Source of the DNA: an uncultured virus (IMG/VR IMGVR_UViG_3300002835_000038) | Lineage: Duplodnaviria > Heunggongvirae > Uroviricota > Caudoviricetes | Strand: one strand, 5' to 3' | Virus record (IMG/VR): IMGVR_UViG_3300002835_000038 | Location: 1 to 64,000 of that record | DNA length: 64,000 nt | In this document: positions 46,572-58,200 of the stretch, in pieces | Numbering within the stretch: the first letter of the stretch is position 1 | Layout: each line of letters begins with the position of its first letter | The notes under the pieces: generated by a model | What the model was told of the DNA's origin: nothing | What the model saw: the letters and a program-made list of their open reading frames with translations, nothing else | Database searches by the model: none | Translations under genes and position numbers: made by a program

Positions 46572-46979
46572 TTAAACAGTGTGTTCTATCTGAACTCTCA
46601 CACAATTTTGTGGTAATCTATTTATATGTCTGTAGTTATTAATGTAACCCATCATATTAGCACTACCTATTGCATTAGCAGAGTGGATAACTACTTCGAC
46701 AACAGTTTTTCCGTCCAACCATTGTTCTACTAACCATTTAGTACAATCCATACCAGTTTTTTCTGTAATGTTATCATAATTTAATTCGTAATTATAATAA
46801 ACATTTTTATGCCATTCATTCATCGCACTATCTCCCAAATCATGATCTAACGAAATAAGTTCGATGTTATCTAAACCGATTTCTTCTACTTTTTTCACAA
46901 ACTCATCATAATTTCGAACTACAACCCAATCGCCCTGTATTGGTGTTCTTACATCATCCAAATAGATTTTACTTTTCAT
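46572..46979 (-). CDS. Cyclic-phosphate-processing receiver-like domain protein
   Basis: IYLDDVR, ISLDHDLG, TGMDCTKWL, IHSANAIG. Confidence 0.8.
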   Translation of the reverse strand: MKSKIYLDDVRTPIQGDWVVVRNYDEFVKKVEEIGLDNIELISLDHDLGDSAMNEWHKNVYYNYELNYDNITEKTGMDCTKWLVEQWLDGKTVVEVVIHSANAIGSANMMGYINNYRHINRLPQNCVRVQIEHTV

Positions 46980-46984
46980 ATTTA

Positions 46985-47935
46985 TTATATTAAACTTTCT
47001 TTTATTTTTTTTGCGGTTGATAGTATATCTATCACACCTTTCTTCCCAATCCTTTGGTTTATGTCAGATATGTCATAACCATCAGGTAATTTAACTATTA
47101 AAACTCTACCGTGTAATTTAGTAGAGTTTAATTTTTTATAGAGGTTTATCGCATCCTTATATGCGTCAGAGTCTAATAATATTATTACTTTACATTCCGC
47201 CCTCTTTACTAATTTAGTGAATAGTTCATCACTTATAACTTTACCTAACATAGGGATACTGTTGGGTACCACTATATGATCGAAAACACCTTCAACAATG
47301 TATATATTCGAATCCCAATTAACCTTTCCCTCATTAAAAACAATTTCACTTTTAGGTATGTCAGGGTTCTTATACTTTAGTTTGGTGTACTTATCATAAC
47401 TTCTACCTAAGAAGTAGTTTATGTCACCGTGAATGTCGTATGAAGGGAATATTACCCTATTAGAGTATTCACCAGTTTTACAAAATCCTATATTATATTT
47501 TTTAATAGTGTCTAAACTAATATTCCTTTTAACTAAATAGTCCATTGCAAGTTTATAGTCCTCACTACTATCTTCTAAACTTAACGGTATAAATTCTTTA
47601 GGTAACCCTTTTAAAACAACCTTTTCTTTAACTTTCTTATCCTTTATAGATTCAGGATTAATTAATTTATATTGTTTTAAATCGTTTTTGTTTCCGTAAT
47701 TTTTAATTAACTTATATAAACTACCGTGTGTATCGTTGGTTTCTGAACAAGCCCAGCATTTATATACATTATGTCCATAGTTTACCTCTAAATTACCTTT
47801 ACCGTCACCTTTACTTAAACCTTTAATTTCATAAGAACAAACAGGACAGTCAAAGGACATTTGTCCCTTATCTTTGTGATGATTTTTAGGTTTCCCTAAA
47901 ATACCTTCTAATATTTCAACTATTAGTTCTGACAT
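46985..47935 (-). CDS. DNA primase (zinc finger plus TOPRIM)
   Basis: CPVC..CWAC; RVIFP; KYKNP; IVEGVFD; LLDSDA. Confidence 0.9.
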   Translation of the reverse strand: MSELIVEILEGILGKPKNHHKDKGQMSFDCPVCSYEIKGLSKGDGKGNLEVNYGHNVYKCWACSETNDTHGSLYKLIKNYGNKNDLKQYKLINPESIKDKKVKEKVVLKGLPKEFIPLSLEDSSEDYKLAMDYLVKRNISLDTIKKYNIGFCKTGEYSNRVIFPSYDIHGDINYFLGRSYDKYTKLKYKNPDIPKSEIVFNEGKVNWDSNIYIVEGVFDHIVVPNSIPMLGKVISDELFTKLVKRAECKVIILLDSDAYKDAINLYKKLNSTKLHGRVLIVKLPDGYDISDINQRIGKKGVIDILSTAKKIKESLI

Positions 47936-47983
47936 AACTTTTACAAATATAGTAATTTTTTTAACATAAACAAAAAAAAAGGC

Positions 47984-48013
47984 AAAAAAAATATCGGTTA
48001 AAGAACCGATATT
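47984..48013 (-). terminator. Intrinsic terminator
   Basis: AATATCGGTT-CTTT-AACCGATATT followed by T-tract. Confidence 0.65.
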
Positions 48014-48039
48014 AATATTTATAGGTTAATAGACCGATA

Positions 48040-48672
48040 TTATTTCCACTTACCTTCTTTTCTCATCTGTCCTAAAACACATGTATAAGCATCCGTCATA
48101 TCATAATTTTCTTTAGTTAATTTTTGGTGTCTATCATACATCCACACAATTTGAGGCTCTCTTTCGTTTACTTTTTCCCAAACTACTACTTTTTTATCGA
48201 TTTCCCAATCATAGTTACCGAAAAGAACTGGTTGTTTACCACTAATTTCTTTTTCACTATAATTTTCACCTTTTTTATTAGTTTTTCTTATTTGCATAAG
48301 TTCTGGATAAGCAAATTTTCTTGCATCATAAGAAGAAATAAATTCAGGTATTATGTTAAGTACTTCATAAACTGATCTACATATCATACCGTTAAATCTA
48401 AGTAGTGTTGCAACTGTATTTACATTGTTTGACCTAACTAACGGTTCTTCGATTATAACTCTACTAATATCGATATCACTATACTTTTCTAAAAACTCAA
48501 ATTGAAATATTTGTGCTTTTTTAATCAATAATTCAATATTGTCTTTAGGATTTGGTTTCACTTTAGGTGTGATGTGTGTCAATAATTGTAATTTACCACT
48601 CTCCCCTCCATCTTCAAAAAGTGAAATACCTATTGTTTTGGTAGACACGTCTAACCCCAATATTCTACTCAT
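48040..48672 (-). CDS. RuvC-like Holliday junction resolvase
   Basis: ILGLDVSTKTIG, VIIEEP, DMTDA. Confidence 0.8.
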   Translation of the reverse strand: MSRILGLDVSTKTIGISLFEDGGESGKLQLLTHITPKVKPNPKDNIELLIKKAQIFQFEFLEKYSDIDISRVIIEEPLVRSNNVNTVATLLRFNGMICRSVYEVLNIIPEFISSYDARKFAYPELMQIRKTNKKGENYSEKEISGKQPVLFGNYDWEIDKKVVVWEKVNEREPQIVWMYDRHQKLTKENYDMTDAYTCVLGQMRKEGKWK

Positions 48673-48691
48673 AAAAAACTTTTTTTTTAAC

Positions 48692-49987
48692 TTATATAAT
48701 TATCTGTACGTCAAATACAACAAAATCATTTTTCTTTTTAACTATTTGTCGATCTGTCTTACCGATAGCCAAAATATTTCCCGCCACATCTGTTATTGCG
48801 ATTTCACTTATCCTTACATCATCATTAACAGTTAATGTAGCATTTTGTGAGTTATAGAATTCTCCTCTAGCCGCAATACACACTATGTTTTGTACAAAAT
48901 CATTTTGTATACTATCTATTGTCGTATTATATGTACTAGCACTATAATAGTAAAGTCCTAAACCATTATTAAGAATATTTGTATTACTATTACCACTAAA
49001 ATCTAAAGCGATGTTTTCTACAATATATTCGTCAGTTATTGCAAATATACCTTTATCTAAATACATTACACCCGCTATCTTATCAGAATATATTTGTGTA
49101 TCGGCAACTGTTTGTACATTTATTAATTCTTTACCATTTAAACTAAATGGTTTAAATGAATCGTATCCAGTTGACCAACTTTTATTAGAATCGTTATTTG
49201 GTTTCTGTACACTATCTGACACCAAATATGAAACGTTAATATCATTTGTAAATAATGCTTTAGGGTATGAACTAATATCTCTGTACTGAGTATCTAATGT
49301 CGCCTTTGGTATAGTGGTTTTTGGGAATGTACTATAAATTTCATATGTCGTCATACCTGTAGGTACTCCACCAGTAGTAAATCCAGTATATACTGGTAAT
49401 TTTATTTTTATACTTTTACCGTCAATTATTTCACCATACTGACTGTTATCAATTACACCCAATAATATATTATTAACACCTAAACCACTAAATGGTGTGT
49501 CTGACCAACCACCGTTTTTAGAAGTAGTACCAGTAAATACATTACTATCAACACTTCTTATTGGTAAAGATAAACTTTTAAATAGGTTGGTGAATTTATC
49601 GGATGTATCACTTTTATCTAAAGATACATAAGTTAAATTAGTACCACTTACCGTAGTCTCACCAACGTTAAATGCATTCATACTTATAGAAGATGAGTTT
49701 GGTTCAACTTGTTTTTTAGTGTTAGGTGAAACGGTAACGTATAATTTACTATTAACAAATACATTTTCAGAAATGTTATCATTAGTATTTAAGTTATACC
49801 CTATATCACCACTATTAGTCGGTATTAAACCAGATGTTAGTTTTTCACTAGTGTTGTAATTAGCATCAGAGTCACCTAATGTGAAATGTGAAAAAATTTT
49901 ATTATTATTCAATAATATTTTCTCTCTACCAACCTTAGTTAATCTAGCCTTTACAGTTATTGTTGATGCACTATTTATAAATCCCAT
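48692..49987 (-). CDS. Virion structural protein (tail/baseplate-associated)
   Basis: N-terminal ARLTKVGRE..GDSDANY and C-terminal ISEIAI..ILAIGK shared with next gene; Thr/Ser/Asn-rich. Confidence 0.6.
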   Translation of the reverse strand: MGFINSASTITVKARLTKVGREKILLNNNKIFSHFTLGDSDANYNTSEKLTSGLIPTNSGDIGYNLNTNDNISENVFVNSKLYVTVSPNTKKQVEPNSSSISMNAFNVGETTVSGTNLTYVSLDKSDTSDKFTNLFKSLSLPIRSVDSNVFTGTTSKNGGWSDTPFSGLGVNNILLGVIDNSQYGEIIDGKSIKIKLPVYTGFTTGGVPTGMTTYEIYSTFPKTTIPKATLDTQYRDISSYPKALFTNDINVSYLVSDSVQKPNNDSNKSWSTGYDSFKPFSLNGKELINVQTVADTQIYSDKIAGVMYLDKGIFAITDEYIVENIALDFSGNSNTNILNNGLGLYYYSASTYNTTIDSIQNDFVQNIVCIAARGEFYNSQNATLTVNDDVRISEIAITDVAGNILAIGKTDRQIVKKKNDFVVFDVQIII

Positions 49988-49999
49988 TTTATTATTTTT

Positions 50000-52228
50000 T
50001 TAAAAGTCTATTGTTAATTCTATGGATGCAGTTGTAGAGTCAGAAATTTTTATAGGTCTCGACAATTTACCAACTAAAACCAAATTCTGATTATTATCTA
50101 ATATACCTATCTCACTAACATATCTATCATTACCGAATTCAAATGTTGAATTACTAGTTGATGCGATACTCGCACCATCAATAGTAATATTAAATAATGA
50201 TTTATATATTGTTGCCGATATGTGAGTTCTTAAGTTACCATAGAATAACCTTTCATCACCTAATGTCATTTTACCATAATAACTAGCAGAAGACATATCT
50301 AATTCACTACCTAAATTGAAAATGGTTCCACCCGTATATAAATTACCTGTTAAAATAAATCCAGTAATATTTGGGTTTTGATTCTCAAATAGTGTCGGAC
50401 TTATTGTTTCACCACTGTTAACCGTAATATTTGTGGACGTAAAATCAATTACTTTCCAATTAGATGGTAAAGGTCTAGATTGTGTTGTTTTATCAACCAC
50501 CTGTGCCAATACTTTAAAAGTATCTGCAAAAAATCCATATCCATCATAATTAACGTCTTCCCTTTTTCTCATATAAGGTAATTCATTAAGATTACCTATT
50601 CTAAACTGTACGTCTTTATCCGTATTAGTTTTATTATCGATTACTGTATATCTTTGACAAGGTAATATAGGTGTAGTGACTGTGGTAGTACCAGTTGATC
50701 CAGTACCTAAATTCTCTAACCAATATGTTAAATATAGGGATTCACCAGCCTTTAAAACACCAGTACAGTTACCACTCAAAGGTGAAACTAACTCTGCCGC
50801 TAAATCAGGTAGTGTATAATTTCTATTAGATTTGTATGACATTCCAGCAATTAACTCTTCGTTATCAATAACTACAATTTTTAATTGTGGGAAAACTTTA
50901 CCTACTGCCAACGGTAATGTAGGACTAACTGACATACCACTATATTCAATTAAATCATAATATTCAATGTCATTATTACTAGATAATGTTTTTCTAATTG
51001 TATCCGAAGTAAATCTCATACCTAATGTAGTTCCACTACCAGTACCTAAATCATTTCTTCTATGCCACATAACAGGTATATCTAAGTTAAGTAGTTTTCC
51101 TGTCTCCTCATCAATATAGAATTGTTCTCCGTAAAAATTAGAAATACAACTATTTGTGTAGTGAAGTATTGATATGGATTTATTATATGTATCCATATAA
51201 CTCTTACTATCCATCATAGAATTTGTGTTAGTAACAGTTAATTGTCTATTATAACCTAAGTATTGTTTCGTACCAACAAATTGTTCTGAACCAAATAAAT
51301 TGTTTTCATGATAATTAACTGGCGAATCTTTATATAATCCCGCAGGATTTTCTGTCCAAACATTATTCATATTCCAAACAGGAATATTATCTACACATAT
51401 ATCACAACTGTTCTGAAATGACAATGTTCCTGAATTCCAATATGCCGAAAGACTACTTGCCCCATAATATGTGTCCATAGGATCATCACCTCCAGGTAAT
51501 GTATAATAAGTTATGATAGTTCCTGAATATGCACTAAGTGTTGGTAATGCCCTATCCACTTTAATGGTTGACCCTGCAATGTTAGTTATGTTATAAACCG
51601 TATTTATTGTTGCAGAAGTCATTGTTGATCCCGTAACATTACCCAATGTGGGGTTACTAAATCTAAAAATAATATAATCATTTACACTTGTTGCAGTTAA
51701 AGCGGTGTCTAATGTTAAAACACCTTGTGTAAATGTAGTATAATCAGTAGTACCACTAAATTTACTTAAATTAATAGTACCTTGTTCTAAAATAAATGTA
51801 GAATTTGTTTGTGCCACTAATCCAGTATCTACAGTAGAACCTGAGAAAAATCCTCTATCATCCGCTTCATTTGTAATAATACCTTTTATTAATTGTATAT
51901 TACTTTGTTGATTAAGTGGGAAAATAAATTGATTGGCTTGATCAAGTAAAAAAGAAGAAAAGAATGGGTTATCATCTTTAGGTCGTAAAACTTTAGAATA
52001 TATATTTTTTACAATATTACCATCTGCTTCAGGAAACCAAAATTCCCCAGTCGCTGCACCTATACTTGGTACGAACTCACTCCAACCTTTTACATAGTTA
52101 TAATCAACCTCAGAATCACCAATCATATAGTTGGCAAAAGTTAATTGTCCTTTCGCTAATTGTTCCCTACCTATATCAGTTAATTTTACTCTTACTAAGG
52201 TAGTACTCTGTTTATTTATGTAACTCAT
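50000..52228 (-). CDS. Virion structural protein (tail/baseplate-associated)
   Basis: VKLTDIGRE..GDSEVDY and VSEIGI..LVLVGK; paralogous termini. Confidence 0.6.
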   Translation of the reverse strand: MSYINKQSTTLVRVKLTDIGREQLAKGQLTFANYMIGDSEVDYNYVKGWSEFVPSIGAATGEFWFPEADGNIVKNIYSKVLRPKDDNPFFSSFLLDQANQFIFPLNQQSNIQLIKGIITNEADDRGFFSGSTVDTGLVAQTNSTFILEQGTINLSKFSGTTDYTTFTQGVLTLDTALTATSVNDYIIFRFSNPTLGNVTGSTMTSATINTVYNITNIAGSTIKVDRALPTLSAYSGTIITYYTLPGGDDPMDTYYGASSLSAYWNSGTLSFQNSCDICVDNIPVWNMNNVWTENPAGLYKDSPVNYHENNLFGSEQFVGTKQYLGYNRQLTVTNTNSMMDSKSYMDTYNKSISILHYTNSCISNFYGEQFYIDEETGKLLNLDIPVMWHRRNDLGTGSGTTLGMRFTSDTIRKTLSSNNDIEYYDLIEYSGMSVSPTLPLAVGKVFPQLKIVVIDNEELIAGMSYKSNRNYTLPDLAAELVSPLSGNCTGVLKAGESLYLTYWLENLGTGSTGTTTVTTPILPCQRYTVIDNKTNTDKDVQFRIGNLNELPYMRKREDVNYDGYGFFADTFKVLAQVVDKTTQSRPLPSNWKVIDFTSTNITVNSGETISPTLFENQNPNITGFILTGNLYTGGTIFNLGSELDMSSASYYGKMTLGDERLFYGNLRTHISATIYKSLFNITIDGASIASTSNSTFEFGNDRYVSEIGILDNNQNLVLVGKLSRPIKISDSTTASIELTIDF

Positions 52229-52273
52229 TTTCCTTTTTTATTTATTTAATAAATATATTGAATGTTATTATTT

Positions 52274-55180
52274 TTAATATGCATCACCACTATTATATTG
52301 TATTACTATCTCACTAACATCACTATATGCATAACTATATATTACTTCACCCATAATAGGTGTGTAAAACTTTTCGTTTTTTATTCTATATATAAATTTA
52401 TCACCAGCCAAAGCATTTGTCAATGTTACTAAAATTTTATATGTTTTTTCACCAATAACATAATCTGTTACTCCACTATATAGTATGTTTTGGAAATAAA
52501 TGTCTGATGGATCAGTAAACTCTAAAGTAAATTTACCATTTACACTTAAAGGTGCAGAATTTATTGACCAATTTATATCTGGTGTATTTGTTGGCACTAA
52601 TCCATTTATACCTGAATTCGGTACATAAAATCCCTCAATTATGTCACCAACATTTAATGTTTCTTCTAATATAATTCTTCTATCGTTAGATGTTGATAAA
52701 TAATATTCAATATCTTTAGATAGGATAGAACCATTTATTGATAATACAATATCACTTGCAGGTGATGAAAGTAAATAAAATTCATATTTATTATGTGTTG
52801 TATTATAAAATACCCTATCATTTGTAGTTTCAGTACCAGTCGCACCACTAGTTATCGGTGTTGTAATATTATATACATCTCCATATAAATTATTTGATGT
52901 TCCGTTATCTACATACGCATATGTAAGAACTTGTCTATCCAATGGTGTAAATAATAATTGTATATATGGTGTAGATGCAGTTGTATTTGCACTATACTCT
53001 ATTCCCTTTGCCAAAACTGAACCATTATAACTAACTATTGGATCAGATAACCCATTAACTACATATTGCGTTGTCCCTGTGTTAGTAAATACCGTTTGTA
53101 CTACTAAACTATCTATACTAGGAGGTGCGGGTGCAGTTGAGTTATTGAATAATGGTTTTTCTGCCTCAAACATACTGATAAAATACCAATCAGTTTCTGG
53201 ATAATATATACCATATAACGTACCCCTTTTGTAGGTATCTAAAGTATTTTTTCTAAGTTGTTGTTGTTTTGCTAAAAATGTATTAACGTCATAAGTCCAA
53301 TATGATTTAATAAGAAACTCACCTTCACCTAAATTTACCGTTGGTAAATAAACAGTATTTCCAGTATTTCCTGTTAAATTTTCATAACCAATACTAAAAT
53401 TATATAGTGCTGAATTACTAAATCCACTATTGATTTGATCATACTTATAAACCTCACCATAATATGATAGTTTTTTAGGTTCCACCACATTATTAACATT
53501 ATTCACTAAGACATTAAATAGGTATCCTAATCTACCACTATTGATAAGATATACAAACCTATCTGGTGATAATGTTTTGTTTGTAATAACATTAGGTAAT
53601 CCCCAATAAGAGGTAGTTCCCGTTACACCTGATGTGGTTAAATTAAACCCATTTTTTTCAAAATTACATAATACACCTAAACCATTAGGTCGGTGAATCA
53701 TATGTAAGAATCCAACTCCGTAATCCGCAACATATATTTTTTCATCAGGACCCATCTGTAATGCACCTAAACTACTACCACTTAATGAAGCAATTTCTAT
53801 AACATTTTCAGTCATTTCAGTTGCTGAAGTATATGATAAATTAAACTGATAAATTTCTTCACCAGCACCTTCTGAAACATAGAATTTTGATGAATCTGAA
53901 GAAAACTCTATTCCGTAAGGTCCTACATTAAAAGTAAAACCTGTAATCGTAATAAGGTTACTTAAGGTACCTGCAGATGATTCAAAATCAAATATATCGA
54001 TAATATCTTCATCGTATATTAAAGAAACTAATTTAGTACCATCAGGAGATGTTTTCATATAACCTCTTGCAGTATTATGTGTACTACCAATACTTGTTAT
54101 CACAGGACCACTTAAACCAGTCTGAGAAACTAAAAATGAATAATAATTAGTATCACCACTAGTATGTGCTAACACCCAATAGTCTTCTCCATTACTATGT
54201 GAACAAGATGTAACTTTTTCTGTTATAGGGGTATTAATAATTTTATTATTTTTTACCTCTACTTCACCATTACCATTTTGTAAATCCATATTAACTACTG
54301 AATACTCAAATCCATTTGGTGATCCATTGTAATCAGTTGTAAATACATAGTACTTATTTGAATTAGGTTTGGGTACTATAATTGACGATTGTGTCGATGT
54401 ACCAGAACTAGATAATCCTGTTCCGTTAACCATAATAGTATTACCACTAGTATAAATTGTTTCTCCATTAGTATAGAACAATAGTTTACCCTCTACGTTT
54501 GATATAGATGAAACTCCCTCCTGTGAAATTACTGATCCAGTTATTGAAACTGGTGTTCCACCAGATTGTATTGGATTAAATGAAATACCTGCGTTACTAC
54601 CAAAGAACCAATTATAATTTAATCTATCATATGTATAACCAGTATATGTGACAGGACCACAAAGTGTGTCTGCAGTAGTTGTTGGTATTTTCCTAGTACC
54701 ACTTATACTAACTTGTGGGAAATCAAAACTATCAAAATCAGTTCTCTCTATGTGTGAATACTGATACCTATTACTAACTGGCTCCCACCCAAAATTTTTA
54801 CTTTCATTTCTACTGGAAAGTAATTTATATTTTTTACCGCCATCAATATATAATAATTCATTATTAGGTTCTACCTTAATAGACATATTACTATCACTAC
54901 TATTACCCGATAAAGAAAATATAATAAATTTTTCTGTTAATAAATTAGAAAAAATTGTGTTACCGTAATTTTGTGGATTACTTAAAACATATAAATTTTT
55001 TGCATTAGATAAATCAGTTGGTAAAAATAATGCGGTTTCTGTTTCTATGAAAGTAGATAAAGATGAGGCATTATAATGTACGTCAGTAGATATATTCACA
55101 TTTACAGGTGATTCTATTTCACTTATCACATTTGCCGAAATAGACACTGGATTTTCTATTTTACCTCTTATACTAGCCAT
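52274..55180 (-). CDS. Virion structural protein with beta-propeller-like region
   Basis: NWFFG..LLFYTNG..STQSSIIVP..SPDGTK..EFSSD..LQMGPD blade-like repeats; NGS(V/I)LxKxIEY repeats. Confidence 0.6.
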   Translation of the reverse strand: MASIRGKIENPVSISANVISEIESPVNVNISTDVHYNASSLSTFIETETALFLPTDLSNAKNLYVLSNPQNYGNTIFSNLLTEKFIIFSLSGNSSDSNMSIKVEPNNELLYIDGGKKYKLLSSRNESKNFGWEPVSNRYQYSHIERTDFDSFDFPQVSISGTRKIPTTTADTLCGPVTYTGYTYDRLNYNWFFGSNAGISFNPIQSGGTPVSITGSVISQEGVSSISNVEGKLLFYTNGETIYTSGNTIMVNGTGLSSSGTSTQSSIIVPKPNSNKYYVFTTDYNGSPNGFEYSVVNMDLQNGNGEVEVKNNKIINTPITEKVTSCSHSNGEDYWVLAHTSGDTNYYSFLVSQTGLSGPVITSIGSTHNTARGYMKTSPDGTKLVSLIYDEDIIDIFDFESSAGTLSNLITITGFTFNVGPYGIEFSSDSSKFYVSEGAGEEIYQFNLSYTSATEMTENVIEIASLSGSSLGALQMGPDEKIYVADYGVGFLHMIHRPNGLGVLCNFEKNGFNLTTSGVTGTTSYWGLPNVITNKTLSPDRFVYLINSGRLGYLFNVLVNNVNNVVEPKKLSYYGEVYKYDQINSGFSNSALYNFSIGYENLTGNTGNTVYLPTVNLGEGEFLIKSYWTYDVNTFLAKQQQLRKNTLDTYKRGTLYGIYYPETDWYFISMFEAEKPLFNNSTAPAPPSIDSLVVQTVFTNTGTTQYVVNGLSDPIVSYNGSVLAKGIEYSANTTASTPYIQLLFTPLDRQVLTYAYVDNGTSNNLYGDVYNITTPITSGATGTETTNDRVFYNTTHNKYEFYLLSSPASDIVLSINGSILSKDIEYYLSTSNDRRIILEETLNVGDIIEGFYVPNSGINGLVPTNTPDINWSINSAPLSVNGKFTLEFTDPSDIYFQNILYSGVTDYVIGEKTYKILVTLTNALAGDKFIYRIKNEKFYTPIMGEVIYSYAYSDVSEIVIQYNSGDAY

Positions 55181-55203
55181 TTACCTATAAATACTATTTA
55201 ATT

Positions 55204-58200
55204 TTATTCTGTTGTACAATTATGTATTAATTCTTGATTATAAAAATACCCACCTTCTTCCCAGTCAGGATCACCAAGTATTGTTACATTACCCTCATAT
55301 TCATTTGTATCATAAATTTGAGTTATAAATACCTTATTATAATCACTAATTAAAGTGTTAGAAACTCTAACACATTTATTAACTTTATCTCTTAAAATAG
55401 AAATATAATTTCTTTGTCTTTCGTACAGTGTAGTTCCTGGTATAAAATTAACCAAATTATTTTCTGCCTGTACTAAAGTTTCTGTAAGTCCACTACAACT
55501 CATAAAATTACTATAATAATTTTGTTGTTGTAATAAATATTGGGTTTCCTCATTACTTAAATTAGTAAGTAAATTACTTAATTGTGTTTCTAAATTAGTA
55601 AGGTTACCAGTCAATAATTGTATTTGTGCCGTCACCACATCAATCTGAGATTGTAGGTTAGGTGTATCTAAATCTTGTAAGTTTAACGAACACAATATTT
55701 TATTTTGTGCAGCGATATTATCCTTAACTAATTCTATTTGAATGTTTTTTATTTTTATTTGATTTTTAATATTGTTTATCACATCATTAGTAGGGTAAAT
55801 TGGTATTTGTTCTACTAATGAATAAACGTCTTCCGAACCAATACTAAAATCTGTATACGCACTTAACGTACAACCTGTTGTCGTTTCAATAAAGTTTAAA
55901 CTATATTTTTTATACTGAAATTTGTTTTGATCGAAAATCGTGTTTCTATATACTTTACCTGAATTATCACAACCTTCCCAAATCGTAGTTGCTGGGACAA
56001 CTTGTTCTAATAAATTTAACCAATAGTCCCCAATTTTATCCATAAATTCAAACATAGTATTATATGTGAATTTACCTGACAATTCTTTACCACAATTATT
56101 GGCGTTTAGATATAGTTCATAGAATAACCTTAGTAATGGATAATCACTAATAGTTTGTCTACTTTTTACATCAATTAGATTTGATTGTACTAATTGGTCA
56201 AACATATCTTTTACATTGATTTCTGATGGTTGTACATCTAAATAATCTAATGGGTTAATACAGATATTATATGTATTACCTGTGTAGTATCCGTTAGAAC
56301 ATTCATTTAAAGTTCCACAGTATTCACAATCACCTTCACATACACTACATCCATCAATTGGTTTCCATACACAATATCCGTTGTTACTGTCCCACTGGTA
56401 GTTTTTACCCAATCCTAACCCATCTAAACCTTCACCGTTTAAAATACTGTTTAATGTTTTACAACAGTTTTCATCCACAAAAGTGGTTTGATTAAATGTT
56501 TGTGCAGTTACACCACTTAAAACTTCAACTAAAGTACCACCAGTATAAGGTGTACTACCACTATAGATATATGTCTCATAAACAGATAAAGTACCATCAT
56601 AATTTTCAGTTATTAAACCAAATAAATTATCTGTTTGTTGATTGTTATTAATAACCAACGTATCTGTACCACAATTATTATTTTGTATTTCAAAACCTGA
56701 AAGACTTGATCCTAAATTTAATAAATCATAGTATGATGCATTTAAGGAATTTGTATAATCTGAGGTTAATGCATAGTATTCATTTTTTAACTCAGTAACT
56801 TGATTTACCAAAGTATTTGTAAATGTCGAACAACTAAATGTTAATCCTGTTGTGGATGCGGACAAATCTAATGAATAATCAAATAGTGTTGTAGAACTAT
56901 ATACCTGCCCACTATAAACTACAGTACTAGCAGATGTACAATTTGTAGGACAACTACCACTACAATCTATATTTTTCCAAAAATTAAATACGTCACATTC
57001 TATAGCCTTCGCAGGATCTATACTAAATGTGGTGTTTTTAACATTAATAATTAAATCTGAATGATTAACGTCATAATTCGTATATCTATATTCTAAGTCA
57101 GTCCACAATCTTTCTTCAGGTGTACCTAATTTTACTACCTGATAATTACTTGTTGATGCCGTATTACAAGGTCCATCAGGATATATAGTTTCTGTAATTA
57201 TTCCCTGATCAGTGTAAACCCAAGATTTTTTATTGTCAATAACACAACTCAATTGTGGAATTAAACAATTATTCAATGAAACTAATCGTTCTGTTTTACA
57301 ATCAGAAACATTAATTATAATGTTATCAATTAATAAACATACTGAACAGTTATAGTTTTCTATCTCAACTGAAAAGAAAAATTCTTTTTCGGGATATAAT
57401 CTCCTTAAATCATCACACACACATTCTGGTATAGTGAAATTAAAGGTATTCCAATTAGGTTGGAATAAGTTTGAGTTATATGGTGTGTTTGAGTTAGATA
57501 ATTCTGTGAAAACAGAATCCTCTATTAAGGCAATATCTTGTTCAGAACCTTCCAATATAATACCACTATATCCAACTGAAGGGTTAAATACCCAAAATGG
57601 GTTAACTGACTGTGTATACGGTAAATAAGTTAAATTAGAGTCAACTTGACTAGTATAAACTAAATTATTATTATCCACAAACAATTTAAAATTAAGTTTT
57701 AAATCATCAATTAATGTTAAATAACTTTCAGTACTATTAATATAGTCGTTATATTGTGTTAGTATTTCAGAATACCATTCATCATAAACAGACTCTGTAA
57801 TATTTTCTATCTCTATTAATTTTGTTTGTAGTGTTTCTAATGTATTATTTAGATAATTAAATAATTCTTGACTACAACAAGGGTTAGGTAATGTTGGATC
57901 ACATGGACTAGGTATTTCTGCCTGTGCTTCCGCTATAACATCTACAATTTCATCTATAGTAATTGTAGTTTTTAAGGTTGAATTATCGTTTTGTACGATA
58001 TCATATGTTATATCTTCCTTTTGTTTTTCTAATGCACTAACCTGTGTTTTATTTTTTTGTAGTTCAATATTTAACGTAACCTTTTGACTATCATTTAATA
58101 CAATTTGACCTTCAGCATTAGTAATCGATTTAGGTGTAACACCTAATATTATTGCAGTTTTATTAATGGTATTAATATAATCATTATTATCTAAAGTAGA

